DNA of 64,000 bases, from assembly GCA_964188305.1 (NCBI GenBank), contig OZ076887.1; one strand, 5' to 3'. A model generated the notes under the pieces. It was not told the DNA's origin, made no database searches, and saw only the letters and a program-made list of their open reading frames with translations. The number at the start of each line of letters is the position of its first letter. Positions within the stretch are counted from its first letter, which is position 1. The DNA comes from Podarcis bocagei. Its lineage: Eukaryota. A program made the position numbers and the translations under genes. Below are positions 35,364 through 47,791 of this stretch, piece after piece.

Positions 35364-35709
35364 TACCTCAAAGGGGATTAACTTTTCACACATCTCTTTT
35401 GAGGCTTTGAACTTCAAATGGTCTATGCCCCTCCCCCTCCTTCACCTAAACAAGGAAATTAGTCTTTTCAATCAACACTTGTTGATTGGCTAGCATTACT
35501 GACCTGATACACAACTTCAGAAAACTGCCTAATTTAATTAGTGGCTTACCCACAGTAATTATTGATGCTTAGAATACATCACTTCCCACGGCACATAATT
35601 TGTAACACAAGCCAAATTAAACACATAAAACCTTAATTACATTATGGCACTATCTCGATCTGGATTTTTAGGCTGTCTTGCACCCCAGATTATTAACAAT
35701 ATCCCATGG

Positions 35710-35990
35710 CCAAGTTGCTCACCAGGGCAATGATTGTAGCTTATTACACCACTCCTTGCCTGACTGTACTGGCTGCCATTTAGTTTCCAGGCCCAATTCA
35801 AAGTGCTGATTTTGACCTATAAAGCTGTAAATGGCTCAAGACCACAATACCTCAAGGACTGCCTCTTTCTATATGAACCTACCCGGACCCGCAGATTATC
35901 TTCTAAGGATCTTCTTCATGTGCCCACAAGATGTCCAGAGGGCAGCAACACAAAAACAGGTCTTTTCTCGCCAGGCAACAACATTCGTCT
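35710..35990 (+). mobile_element. L2-clade LINE remnant
   Basis: Degenerate LYWLPFSFQAQFKVLILTYKAVNG..PQYLKD, matching the L2 ORF2 C-terminal motif LHWLP..RI.FK.L...YKA. Confidence 0.7.
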
Positions 35991-36149
35991 TCCACCAAGC
36001 CTTTGGCTATTTAACATCCTATACTCTTTTAAATGTGTTTGTGGAAGGGAAGGGTTTTGTTGTTTTTATGTATGGTTTTTTAAAAATTATATTGTATTTT
36101 TATGGTGTGAAACTCAGATCCTTGGATTAAGTGTTATATGCAAATGAGA

Positions 36150-36424
36150 GCTCACTGGAAAGACAGATCGTGAAGCTGAGGCTCCAATACTTTGGCCACC
36201 TCATAAGAAGAGAAGACTCCCTGGAATAGACCCTGATGTTGGGAAAGATTGAGGGCACAAGGAGAAGGGGACGACAGAGGACGAGATGGTTGGACAGTGT
36301 TCTCGAAGCTACCAGCATGAGTTTGACCAAGCTGCAGGAGGCAGTGGAGGACAGAAGTGCCTGGCGTGCTCTGGTCCATGGGGTCACGAAGAGTCGGACG
36401 CGACTAAACCACTAAACAACAACA
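36150..36424 (+). mobile_element. BovB (RTE) LINE 3' fragment
   Basis: Translates SLERQIVKLRLQYFGHLIRREDSLE*TLMLGKIEGTRRRGRQRTRWLD...AWRALVHGVTKSRTRL, the typical BovB C-terminus; (CAA)n tail. Confidence 0.88.
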
Positions 36425-36599
36425 TTGCTATTCCAATGTACAGACCTGAAACACTTGGATTTAAAACAAAGGAGTCCCAGGGAATCTGGTGATAACTTAA
36501 AAGTTAAATATCCCCCTTTAACGGATTTGTTTTTCAGTCCAAGATGACCAGGACATTGGGTTGGGGGCACTAAATAAAAATTTGAGGCTCTTGTGGTTG

Positions 36600-38400
36600 T
36601 GATCCTGGTTCATCGCTACTGCGCGCAAACAGAAATTATCGAAATAAAACACTTAAGAGCTTTAAGGCGCCGAATAAAAGTGGCAAATCCCGTCTGCATC
36701 CCGGCCAGGAAGGAAGCGGGGGAAAGGAGCATTTTGCAAACTAAGCGGCTGCTCGCTCGGCAAGGAAGCAGACCGTGCGGCTCCTTCTCTAAACAACCCA
36801 CAAGAGCCAGCGAGACTCCGAGGCGGCGCTCATAGGCGACAGCCGGACGGAGAGAAATCAACAGCAACCAATAGCGGAGGAGCGCCGCAACCTTCCTTTT
36901 AGCTCCTCACCCGGCGCTTCCCGCGGTGAATCACGGGGTGCCTGCGCTGACGGCGTTTCCTATTGGCTGCCCGTCGGTGGGCGGGCGGGGGAAAGAGGAC
37001 AGGCAAAGCCAAGCCGCCGCAGCCATCGCGCGCGCCCCCGGGCACTCGCAGCCGCAGCTCCGCCTACGCCACGCCCCCTGCCCTCCCTCCCCCTCCCCTC
37101 GGCGACGCGAGGTCTCCACGTGCGCGTACACGCAGCTCCCGGAGGGGGGCGGGGCGTACGCGAGGACGGACGGCGGCGCGAGGCGACGTAAGCAGCGCGA
37201 GCGAGCGAGCTGCGGCGCCTAAGGCGCGCGAGAGACGGGATCCGCCGCTGTCGCCAGGGCCGCCTAGGCTGCTGAAGAGACGCAGACGGAGCCGCCCACC
37301 ATCAACCCCCCCGCCCTCCCTCCTTCTCGCTCCCTCCCTCCCCCTCCCTTTCCCGCTCCGCGCGGCTGCCTCAGCGCCCGCCCCTCCCCCCTCTCTAGGC
37401 CGGGCTGCTGCTGCTGCTGCCGCTGGTGAGAGAAAAAGCGGGGAAGGCCGCTGCGTAGCTCGGCGGCTCCATGGGAGGGAGGGAGGGAGACCGGAGGGAG
37501 CGGGGAAAGCAGGCGCACAGGGGCCCGAACCGAGCCCAGCTCACGCTGACCCCGCGGGCCAGGGCTGGTGGGAGCAGAAATCCCCCCCTCGGGTCCTGAC
37601 CGGGCGACCTTCCCACCCGCCGACCCCGGGGGGGGGCAACAGCCTCCACCGTCTCGAGGCCGCCGCCGGTTAGTCGCGAAATCCCCCTCAGGTGCTCGGG
37701 CCGCCCTTTCCCTCCTTTCGGGTCCCGACCTGGCCTAGCCCAACCGCCAGCACAATGGTGGGCATGGAGCGGGTGGGGGAGTAGCCGGACGCCTCGGCCT
37801 CCTCCGCCGCCGCCGCTCACGCTTCCCCCTCCCTCTCCCCCCCCCGCCGCCCCGATTCACCTTGTGTATGCAGGGGGAGCAGACGGAGCTCACCTGGCTC
37901 GCGCTCTCCGGGAGCCCCCGCCGCCGCCTCGGCGCGCGCCCAGCAGCAGCAGCAGCAACAACGGAGTCGGAGACGGCGGCGGCGGCGGCTTTTCCTGTCC
38001 GGTTACGTTAGGGTCACATGACCGAGAGCGGAGCAGAGAGGCTGTGGCGAGGAGCCCCCGCCGGGGAGAGAGGCAGAGAGGAGGGGGAGGGGAGGCGGCG
38101 ACGAGCGCTGTGGCGGCAACAGCAGCAGGAGCCACCCCTCCCCCCTCGCCTCCTTCCCCGCCCGCCTCGCATTTTCGCGCGCCGCTTCCAGCGAGCAGCA
38201 AGCGGAGGCCGCACCGGGCTCGGGGCGGGCGGGCGCTCTTTTGCAACGGCGGGGAGAGAGGGAAAAACGAAGCCGGGCCTGTCGGCTGTGGCTGCTTTGG
38301 GCTGTAATGCACCGACATAGGCGGCGTACTGGAGCGAGAACTGCATCTTCAAACATTCGCTCCATGCGATGTTCTCTCCCCCGAGCAGTTATAGGAGGGA
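36600..38400. promoter_or_regulatory. CpG island, ZBTB2 promoter region
   Basis: Abrupt rise in GC and CpG density against an AT-rich background. Contains GC boxes, CCAAT boxes (~36868, ~36962) and the E-box GGTCACATGACC (38012-38023). Confidence 0.9.
37894..38100 (-). other. ZBTB2: Probable ZBTB2 non-coding exon 1 (5' boundary unknown)
   Basis: Donor CAG|GTGAGC on the minus strand at 37894/37893 inside the CpG island, with an alternative AAG|GTGAAT at 37861/37860. GC-rich, triplet-repeat-rich 5'-UTR-like sequence. Confidence 0.5.
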
Positions 38401-40279
38401 GGGAATTGCCACGAGGTGGCCAAAACAACAATAAGATACGCTTATTTGAGGGTAAGAAAGTAAAGGTGCGATGGGGGGAGAGCTACAGCAGCTAGGGTTA
38501 ATGACCAATACTATTTTTAACGTGAGGTTTATTTATTTTCAAAGGATTGAATTGGCACTACAATATTTATAATATGCAATTTTAAGTGGCTACTTAAGCC
38601 TTGCTTAGAATATAAAATATACTTACTCTTCAGTGCATTTTTGTAGGTGTTTATGGTGGGCCAGATAATATGTAATTTTTTGAATGTATTAGCAATCAGC
38701 AGTTGTACTGAGGAAAAGGCTTGAGGATGAGAGTTAACCCTTTAAAAAAAAGGGATCCAGTGGTGTCATAAGTAACTGAAAAAGTACTATGCCATAGTTG
38801 GCAGTATAGATATATAGGCCACAATCGGTACAAAAATACATGCATTTGGCTTGGCACCTGTTGAAATGTTTTGATTACATGTGGCTATTGCTTCGATGCT
38901 TTGTGGCAGTAGTCAAATGTCAGTTCACGACTGGAGTGCTGAGACTCTAGAACTGCAGTAAAAAAAGAGAGCTTGCTGAGTAGCCTTTTGTGTTTATAAA
39001 AAAGGAGAGAAATCCAAATAACAATGGTGCATATGAGAATTAACCTAATCTATAAATGGCATCATCTGCCCCAAAGTGAATATGCTTCTGCTTGCTAGTG
39101 CTTTGAATAATAGGTGTCCTTATATCTGAACATAGAAAGAAATGCGATTGCAGTAGTGAGTTCTCAATATGTAGGATTGCAGCTATAATACATACTTATG
39201 ATATTTTCCCCCAGTCATGTTGAGGCATGGGTCTGGAATACTTAAAAATTGCTGAATTTGCTTTTGTTCCCTGAATTGCTTCCTGTAACAACTTGGACAG
39301 GCTATTTGTGTTCTTCTGTATGATCTGTAGCTGTACACTGCCTTTCCTGTTAAGCTTCAAACATCTACAATGCTAGGTGTTACAAATATTATGTTGTAAT
39401 GATATTAAGAGAAAAGGTTGCAGAATATTTTACTTACTAAATTTTAATCAAACCAGGATCTAATAAACTGTTCTATCTGCATTTATGTATTTACTGGAAG
39501 CTTGCTGTTAGAGAAAAAAGTTATTTGTTAGAAAATGTAAGGAGCCCATAGGATTTAAAATTGAAGATTCTGTTTTGTGTAGTTCTGTGGTGTGTAGCTA
39601 TTCTTTGTTGGTTCAAGAAAGTTGATGTGGAGTTTTAAAACTGCCATAGGCAAAGGAGTTCTAATAATGTTTTGTTATGGAGTGTCAGGCTCCATTGTAC
39701 ATAACATGTTTAATACATAATATTTGCATTTCTTTGATACCACTAATTTTATTATATAAGTTCAATGGATCTGAAAAGGCTTGAAATTAAGTATTTCATT
39801 CAGACTGACTTACTTATACTGACTTAATCCCCACAGAATTTAGTCGGACTTAAGTGTGCTTAAGGTAGTAGCCTCAGGTCTCATCCTTGTGCCCATACCA
39901 GGGCAGTCAAGCTTTACCAAATGGGCCACAAGACTACTTTGACATGGAAACCATGGGCCGCACACCCCCTTCCCATAGGCATCTAAGCAAGGAGCCAGGC
40001 TTTGGGAAGAAGGTGCAAGGCTCTGGCAGGGTCCTAGAGTCCTCACACCTCCTTCCCAAAGCCTAGTTAGCACTTCCCAGCTGTGGGAAGGAGGTGTGAG
40101 GACTCTAGAACCCTGTCAGATCATTCATGGCTTCCTCCCAAAGCCCAGCACTTCACTTTACTGGCTTGGGGAAGTCAGTGTGAGGGCTGAGGTGTGTGTG
40201 TGTCAAATGTTGTTGAGGGTCACCCAGAAATGCCTCGAGGGCCACGTGCAGCCCTCAAGATAAGCATTGGATATATTTG

Positions 40280-40700
40280 TACATCACCTCACCCAACTAG
40301 TTCCCAGAGCAATTCAAAACAATTAAACAGTGCAAACCCAGAATAAAATAGTAAAAAGGAAGATTGAGTAGAATAAGTAGATAAAAACAAAGATAGTCCA
40401 GAGCTTTAAAGGCCTGTGGTAACAAAAAACATCTTTGCCTGATGCTGAAAAGATAAAACAGGCAGGGCAGGTATTCCTGGAAAGGGAATTCTGTAAATGT
40501 AGGATCCTCTCTGAAAAGGCTTTCCCTATGGTTTGCCATCTACCTCTCATGAAAAGGAGAGGCTTGCTTGCTGACCTAAATCGTTGGGCTGATGGATGTC
40601 CTTTAGGAACTCAGTACTCAAAACGGTTTATGGTTTTGGAAATTTGCATCAATACCTTGAATTCTGCTTGGAAACAAACCAGCTGGTGAAGTTTTTAAGC
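40280..40700 (-). mobile_element. L2-clade LINE 3' remnant
   Basis: Minus-strand RIQ/FKVLMQISKT-like motif and a 3'-UTR-like T-rich tail. Confidence 0.45.
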
Positions 40701-42238
40701 CTAATGTTGCAATGCCTGTAGTTTGGTAGCTGTATTCTGTACCATCAGTAACTATCATGCAAGTCTTCAGATGCAGTTCCACATATAATTCATTATAGTA
40801 AACAATACTGGGTGGTTTATCAGAGTATGGAGAATAGCCAGGCTCTCTCTGTCCAAGCCAGACTATGGCTGGTACAGCACTCACAGCTAATGAAAGGTGC
40901 TATGTACCACAAGACACAAGATCCATAAACACACCCAGACTGAATCTTATCTTATAGGGTAGAGTGCAAACCCATCTAGAACAGGCTGAACACCCATCTC
41001 CCTGAGCAAATAAACCATCTGTGCCCAGAACCTCTGTTTTGTTAAGATGGTTTAGTGCTCATCTAGCCTATCACAGCATTTCAGTGATATACATACAGAC
41101 TCCAAATCACTTCTGTTAAACCACACAGTAACAAGTAATCACATGTCTTAAACACAGCTTTTGAATATCAGGTAGGTATACAATTCTAACCCCATCCCCA
41201 ATGTTTGAAGGCTGAGCACTGTAGTTGACTCTGCTGGCATTGAGTCACACGGCTAGTTGTGAGGGGTGCTACCCAGGTGGGCAGAAGCTATCTCCAGTGT
41301 TAAGCCCTGAAGTGGTAAGTATCACAGGGGTGGTGTACTGGCAGTTTTAGAGCCAAAGCCTTGTGTATCCTTGGGCCCCACAGTTGTGCCAGCCTGGAGA
41401 TGGCATGAATAATTTCAAGAAACCATTCTCTCCATTTTTCAGCCCGGCTGGCATGAGCCAACAGTGTTTGGGATGTGGTGGTGTATCTACCATGTTTTTC
41501 CTCCAATCCCACCTAAGATTGCTCTGCTAGTGACTTCGCACCTGTCAAACCTTGAGGTATGCTTGCAGTCAGGTGTGCCAACTTGAATAAAATAGGGGGG
41601 TAGGTAAGCCCCTACTCACATAATCACATTTCATGGCACACGCACACCATTTGAATGGCAATGCCCATCAACTTTGCAGGGGTGTGACGCCTTCAAATAT
41701 TTTATTTGGGGAGGCGAATGGGCCCTCGGCCCCTAGAAATTGGCTCCTATGCTTCCAGTACTTAAGTGTTCATATGTAGTACATATCCAGGTATTTGAAA
41801 CAAAACATGAAAGTTTGCCTTCATGCACTGATTGTAGACTTTTTTAAAAAAGCAGTTTCAAAAGATCAGTAAACTTGTGCAATTTCCACATTAATGTGAA
41901 ATAAATTAGCAGGACTTTAGTGTATGAGTTCTGCTTTTAACAATTGGTTAATGAGTTTTGAAATGTGAGACTTTGTATGTGTAAGAGCTGCTTTACACCT
42001 AATGGATGGAAATGATAAATATGTTGTGGCATGTGATTGGTTGCTGGGTAAAAGCAGTCATAGGACCAAAACATTGCTCACTACTTAAATGGTATAAAAC
42101 AATAAAGCTACACATGTAAATTAAGAACAAGACAGAATCTGAGGATTAGTTGTGGTTGTGTGATTAATCTGTATGTTTTATTTGTTATTTTTTGTGGGAA
42201 ATTGTGCTTCACATTCATGAAGAAAGGAATCTATATAC

Positions 42239-43432
42239 CAGTGATTGCGAACCTTTTAGACATCGAGTGCCCAAACTGCAACCCAAAACCCACTTATTTA
42301 TCGCAAAGTGCCAACACGGCAATTTAACCTTTGTATCTTATTTTTTTCTGTGTGTTTCATGTTTCTTCTTTATGACTGTTGTAATAAATAATGCTTCATA
42401 AAAGTTATTGCATTACATTCTTCATTAAATTATCTTTCCATTTATATATAATTTTATGGTATAACTCAGTGCTTTTTTTCCTAAAAAAAATATTTAAGGG
42501 AACTCTCATTTTGACTCAAGAAAATCACCACCAGGGGAAAAATAAATACAGTTCAAATTGGAGAAAATAAATACAGTGGCACCTCAGTTTTCAAACAGCT
42601 TAGTTCTTGAACTACTGGGAACCTGAACCTGTTCCGGTTTTGGAACTTTTTTTGGAAGCTGAGGAGCACCTGGTTGCCTTCAGGTGGTGCAGGGGCTCTC
42701 ACATGCAGCTTCCAGGCTGCCTCCACCTTCCCCAACCCCAGCAACTATTCAGCCTGGCTGCCTTCACGGGCTTGCAGGGGATCTGATGCAGTAGTGGGGA
42801 CTCCTTTAAACTACTCCCTTGAGGGGAGTGCAGCCATGAACCCTTCAGTGAGCCTATACCTCCCCAGCTGAGCAGGCCCGATCCAGCTCCTGTTCCCATG
42901 CAAGCAACAACGCTGCCTAGCAGAGCAGCCCAATCCCACTCCTACTTGCCTGCAAGCAGGAGGGAAGGCAGGGATCTCTCAGAAGTGGAGCAGGCAGGGT
43001 AGGGGGTGACATCCCTTGCCTGCTCGCTTGCCGCCCGGGCCCAGCCTTCCCTCACTCAGCATTGGGGCCCGCAGGGCTGCATTCAAAATAAAAGCTGAAA
43101 CTCCAGAAAACCACAAAGCCAACAAACTTGCAACTCGTGAAAAAGCAGCAGCACAACAAATTGAAAAAAGCAAACCAACTGCAAATGAATCAAAATCACA
43201 AGAAAACATAAAACAACACTGACCCTAATCCTAACCCTAACCCAGTCCTCTCCTCACTCCTCCCCTACCCCTGGCACGGAAGCTACGGCACCAGGGCTGC
43301 AGGCTTTGGATTCGCTTGCGAGCCCTCCCCCACCCCCAGCATGGAAGCTATGGCTCTGCTGGGGCGTGCATGCCCACAGAGAGGGCTCTGAGTGCCCTCT
43401 CTGGCATGCGTGCCATAGGTTTGCCACCACTG
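42239..43432. mobile_element. Composite hAT element with nested or captured interior
   Basis: TIR CAGTGATTGCGAACCT vs CAGTGGTGGCAAACCT (13/16); 8-bp TSD CTATATAC/CTATATAG. Confidence 0.7.
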
Positions 43433-44961
43433 CTATATAGTCTAGCTGATCACTGCCTGAAAGGTTTACTGGAAGCACAGTAGTAAGTGTCGGGTGCGTA
43501 ATAGGGCTTCTTTCACGATCACTAGGACTTGAGGCTGTAGCAGCTACCCATGGAATTGGACAAAATGCTGTTTTCCAAATATCCCAGCTAGACGCAATCC
43601 TTACATGCACTGAAGGTTTGTATAACTTCTAATAATCTTGCAAATTTTGAATTTATTTTTTTAAATACTTTGTTTGGGGATGTTAAATATTAGTGATTTT
43701 TTTCTTAGTGCCAAGATCAAGTTAGGACTTGCGAGAAACTTTTCTTAAGTATAAAACAGGAATGGGCCTTAGGTACGTAAGAGATCCATGCCCACTCAGA
43801 TTTGTACACGTTGGGCTCAGTTTACACATTGAGGTGTGAGAGCTTGCTGGTTGCTTACATGCTATTGGGGATGGGCTCCCTTCTGTCAATTTTCAAGCCC
43901 TGAATAGAAAGAAGCCCTTTTGGGAACTCCGTTTTCCACAGCTGGAGCAATAGCCTCCACGCTTGGCTAGGGCAAACAGCTGCTTTAGAGCTATACAACT
44001 AGTAGTGCTAGGATGATGTGTTAGTGAGACATTGGCAGCACCTCTTCCCACTTATCTCCTGCCCCTTCAGGTAGTGATGAGTTGTGAATGCTGGAATAGA
44101 GCCTTTGGTTTTAAACAGCCTGAAAGCATCCTTTCACATGGTTGGTTGCTATGTGAACCAGTTTCTAGAGGGATAACCATATTCTGCAGCAAAAATTAGA
44201 CTTCCTAGCGCCTTTTAAGCCTTAAATTTACTAGGGACAAGCTATATCACGGGTTCATGCAGCCTAGTGGTGTATTCTGCCGAGCAGCTCTGATTGCAAG
44301 ATAGGTGTTTCCCTGGCCTGCTGTGATCCTTTAAATGGGATTAAACCTTCCACTCTTGTTTTGGATGGCAAAAATCAAAAAATTATATGGCAAACAAGAA
44401 AACCCTCTTAGGGTATTTTCATTTTGTCTGAAATTATTTCCTTTACATACTCAGTTTTCTCAAGTTATTAAAACCTCTAGGTGCTATTAGACACAGTTCT
44501 CAAATCCTCATCTATTTCAAATTCCTCTTGTCTTTTGCAGTATAGGAAATAAATTTGCTTGTTCTTCAGTACATTGAAATAAAATATGCAGACTCACAAA
44601 TGGATGTTTTTCCAGAGAGATGCTAGAAAAGAGGAATTGTAGCATATGCACCACCCCGCCATAGTTACCTCACAGGTTTTCATATTTTGTGTGTGGTTCT
44701 GGATCTATAGTTCATCTCCATATATTCGTCATTAAGTAGAATAATTTTCTCTCCCTGTTACTGGTTAATCCATTGCCCCAGCTGCCAAACTAAAATACGT
44801 TTAGAAACCTGGGAAGAATTTTCCTCCCTTCACACTTGCTGGAATTAAGGAATTCATGGTTGTTATATGAACACAAACAATACAGTTGTGGACAAAGTTA
44901 GTAAAAACACGCTTCTTGTAGAAGTCTGGCTTATGGACTTTGTTTAGCTCACTACAGAATG

Positions 44962-45062
44962 AAAGATGAGCCTGGATCAGGCCAATGGCCCATCTAGTCC
45001 AGCATCTCCACAGAGGCAAACCAGATGCCTGCAGGAAGCCCATCAAGGGGGCCTGATCACAA
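44962..45062 (-). mobile_element. CR1 LINE 3' UTR fragment
   Basis: CTGGATCAGGCCAATGGCCCATCTAGTCCAGCATC resembles the reverse complement of the squamate CR1 3' terminal stem region. Confidence 0.55.
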
Positions 45063-47636
45063 GTAACCCATGTACTGTAATCAATCTGAAACCAGAATCT
45101 CTGTTACTGCAAGATGTGAAATAACCATGCTTAATAGTTGCTTAAAAATACAGTTAGCATTTGATACGTAATTCAGAAAGTAGATTGTGACCATAAAGCC
45201 CTGTTGACAAGGACACATGTTCTGGCACTTGCAAAATACAAATTTGTAATTAAAACCCTGTTATTCCAATTCAACCCATAAATGATAGAACTGAACCTTT
45301 TGATAAATTGTACTTCAGTGGAGTCTCTGAGCTCTCTTTGAAGTCCCCCCATTTTAAGAACAGTCAAGCGTCCCATCATTAAGCAAGAAAAGGGATTAGA
45401 TTCAGGATAATTTGAAGGATATCAAAGCTGCTACCCAGGATGTTAAGCCCAAATTTCATCATTCAACTATGTTTATTTCCAGTTCATGTTGCCTTTCAGA
45501 AGTGGTTCAGTAACTTGTTCAACCCACTAAGAAGCAGTTCAGATACATTTCGTACAGGTAATCAAATTCTTTTGAGTGCTACATGAAGTGTAAAATGAGA
45601 ATATTCAAATGTTTAAAACATGTCGTTTCCTTGTACTAGTAACACACCCTACAGAAGTTTGTCATTTCACTTGACCAGAAGAAAAACAAGCACACGCTAA
45701 GCCTTGCTGGTATGCTGCCCAAAATGGTGCCCTTGTTCTCTCTCTCTCTCTCATGTAGCATTTTAGGTACTCTGCATGCAATGAAGCACTATGATGAGTG
45801 TTTCTCAGCTCCCTCTTCAAATGTCTGGCTGCCAGTGGTGGTGGGAGAAACTCGTAATAACCTATCAAATCGCAAGTGTACTTGTAACACTACAGCAGGG
45901 AGATTTTGCCATGTGAATGCTGTTTTTGGTGGGCGTACTGCTGGAGTGGGCCACCCTCAGTCTGCTTTTGTGTGTTCCCTAGAGCTATCTGACTTATTTT
46001 CCTCATACTTGTACTTGTTGTGATGAGGAGAGAAAACACTAAGTGAGAAGAGGAAGAAATATATATTACCACAACCATTTCTTGCACGCACGCACACACA
46101 AACACATTCACATTCCCCTACCTCCAAAGTAGTATGTGACACTTGGGGGGGGGGGAATTGCCCACTCCTGGTGTACTTCAAAATGCATAAAACCACAAAG
46201 TTTGATAACTACTGACTTAGAGGGGAAAAAGATGATGAAATTTTTTATTACTATTAGCTATAATTTGACCACGCACTTCCTTTAGGATCCCAGGGCAACA
46301 AATAGATAGGCAGTTAAAATCTTGAAGGGATACAAAACAGTATCAGCAAAACAATTTAAAATACATAATTCACAGTACAGACAAGGAAGAACGTCATCAG
46401 CCATTTTCACCCTTCCCCAAAGATCCAGATAAACAAATAGGCCTTTAGCTGTCAGTGGAATGATGTTTGTGCAGGGAAACTAACTCTTAGGAGAAGATCC
46501 ATAGGGTGCGACAGTGGAGAAAACCTTATTCCCATGTTTTCATTTTGACAAAGCCTGTTGGTTGGAGATTTCAAGTAGGACTAAGACATCTGTAAACATT
46601 TTGATGAAATTTATGCCTACACATTTATTAGTCCCGCTTGAAATCTCTCATAAGCAAACTTGATAACTGTTGCTCCTTGGAGAAGTAGGTTAAAGTCAAT
46701 CTGAACTAGCTAGGTGCTTCTGATTGAAGAGACCGTCATATTTAGTGCATCATCTGGATAGAAATTTTGGGGTCATTCCAAATTTGAATATGGTTTATTT
46801 AGATCAGGACAGCGAAATAACTAATCAGAAAGAAACTGTTTGTGCTTGGTGTGGGGAGTTGAGATAAATGCAGGATAACTTACTTTCTGAGTCCTTTTTC
46901 CAATTTCCTACAAAATACATTCTCTTTTGTCCATGTCTCTAGAGTTAGAAGAGACAAATGCCCTCATCCTCAAAAGAATCTCCTAACTTCCTGGGACAGT
47001 TACTGGTTTTTCTGTTTATGGATTCAGTTTCAAGACTGAACCAGTTCATCAGTTTGGGCTCCTACTTCTGGCCCAGGCCAAGAGCCAGTTTATACTTGGC
47101 AGTGTAACATGGACATGTTTTTCCTGAGCTGTTCCTATGTATGCTGCAGACGGGGGGAAACATGTTTAAATCTTTCCCTATTTAAAAAAACTGCACAAAA
47201 CAAATTAGCATGTTTGGGAGAAGAGTTCAGCCTATTTTTCTCCCAACACACTTATTTTTCTATGGATAACTTATTCCCCACATACACAGTAGTACAATAC
47301 TGGAAGCGCTTCCCTCAATTCTGGCAAATGTGTCACAGTTGTGGCAAAATACGCACCACACAGTGAGACATAACCCATATAAAAGCCTTATTTTACATGG
47401 CACAGACTACTGCATCATTACATAATTTCCTGCTATACAGCAGATAAAAAAACTAAAGCTGTGGGTACAGCTTTAGTAAGCCAGTCTTTGGTTGTCTGCT
47501 TTCTAAACAAAGGTACAATATCTTAAAGAAGGATCAATATACTCTGAATCATGATTTCTTGGAAACAATCCCCAATTCAAGCTTTGGTTTAACCTCAGTG
47601 AATTCAATTGTTTTGTTAGCAGCAAGTGTCCATACA

Positions 47637-47642
47637 TTTATT
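47637..47642 (-). terminator. RMND1: Candidate RMND1 polyadenylation signal AATAAA
   Basis: First AATAAA on the minus strand, ~115 nt after the stop; another lies at 46624-46629. Confidence 0.4.
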
Positions 47643-47758
47643 ATAACACTTGCTGAACTTTTCAGAAGTGTGAAGAATAAAGTTGAAGTCCAGCAAACAC
47701 AAGGCTGTTGGGATTATCTTCACAATCTTCTCAAACTTCTCTTATCATTCACAAGTTA

Positions 47759-47791
47759 TCAGAAAAGAACTCTGCCAAGTTCAAACATGAC
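47759..47791 (-). CDS. RMND1: RMND1 last coding exon
   Basis: cttttgcag|GTC ATG TTT GAA CTT GGC AGA GTT CTT TTC TGA = VMFELGRVLF*. Total CDS 1344 nt = 447 aa. Confidence 0.92.
   Translation of the reverse strand, partial: VMFELGRVLF

Noticed and set aside
36593-38495. Many overlapping ORFs (up to 236 aa) in the GC-rich region
   Set aside because: Stop-codon scarcity in a CpG island; low-complexity A/P/R/G translations.
41571-41751. Possible hAT-like MITE
   Set aside because: The ends are only loosely complementary and I could not identify a TSD, so it was not listed as a feature.
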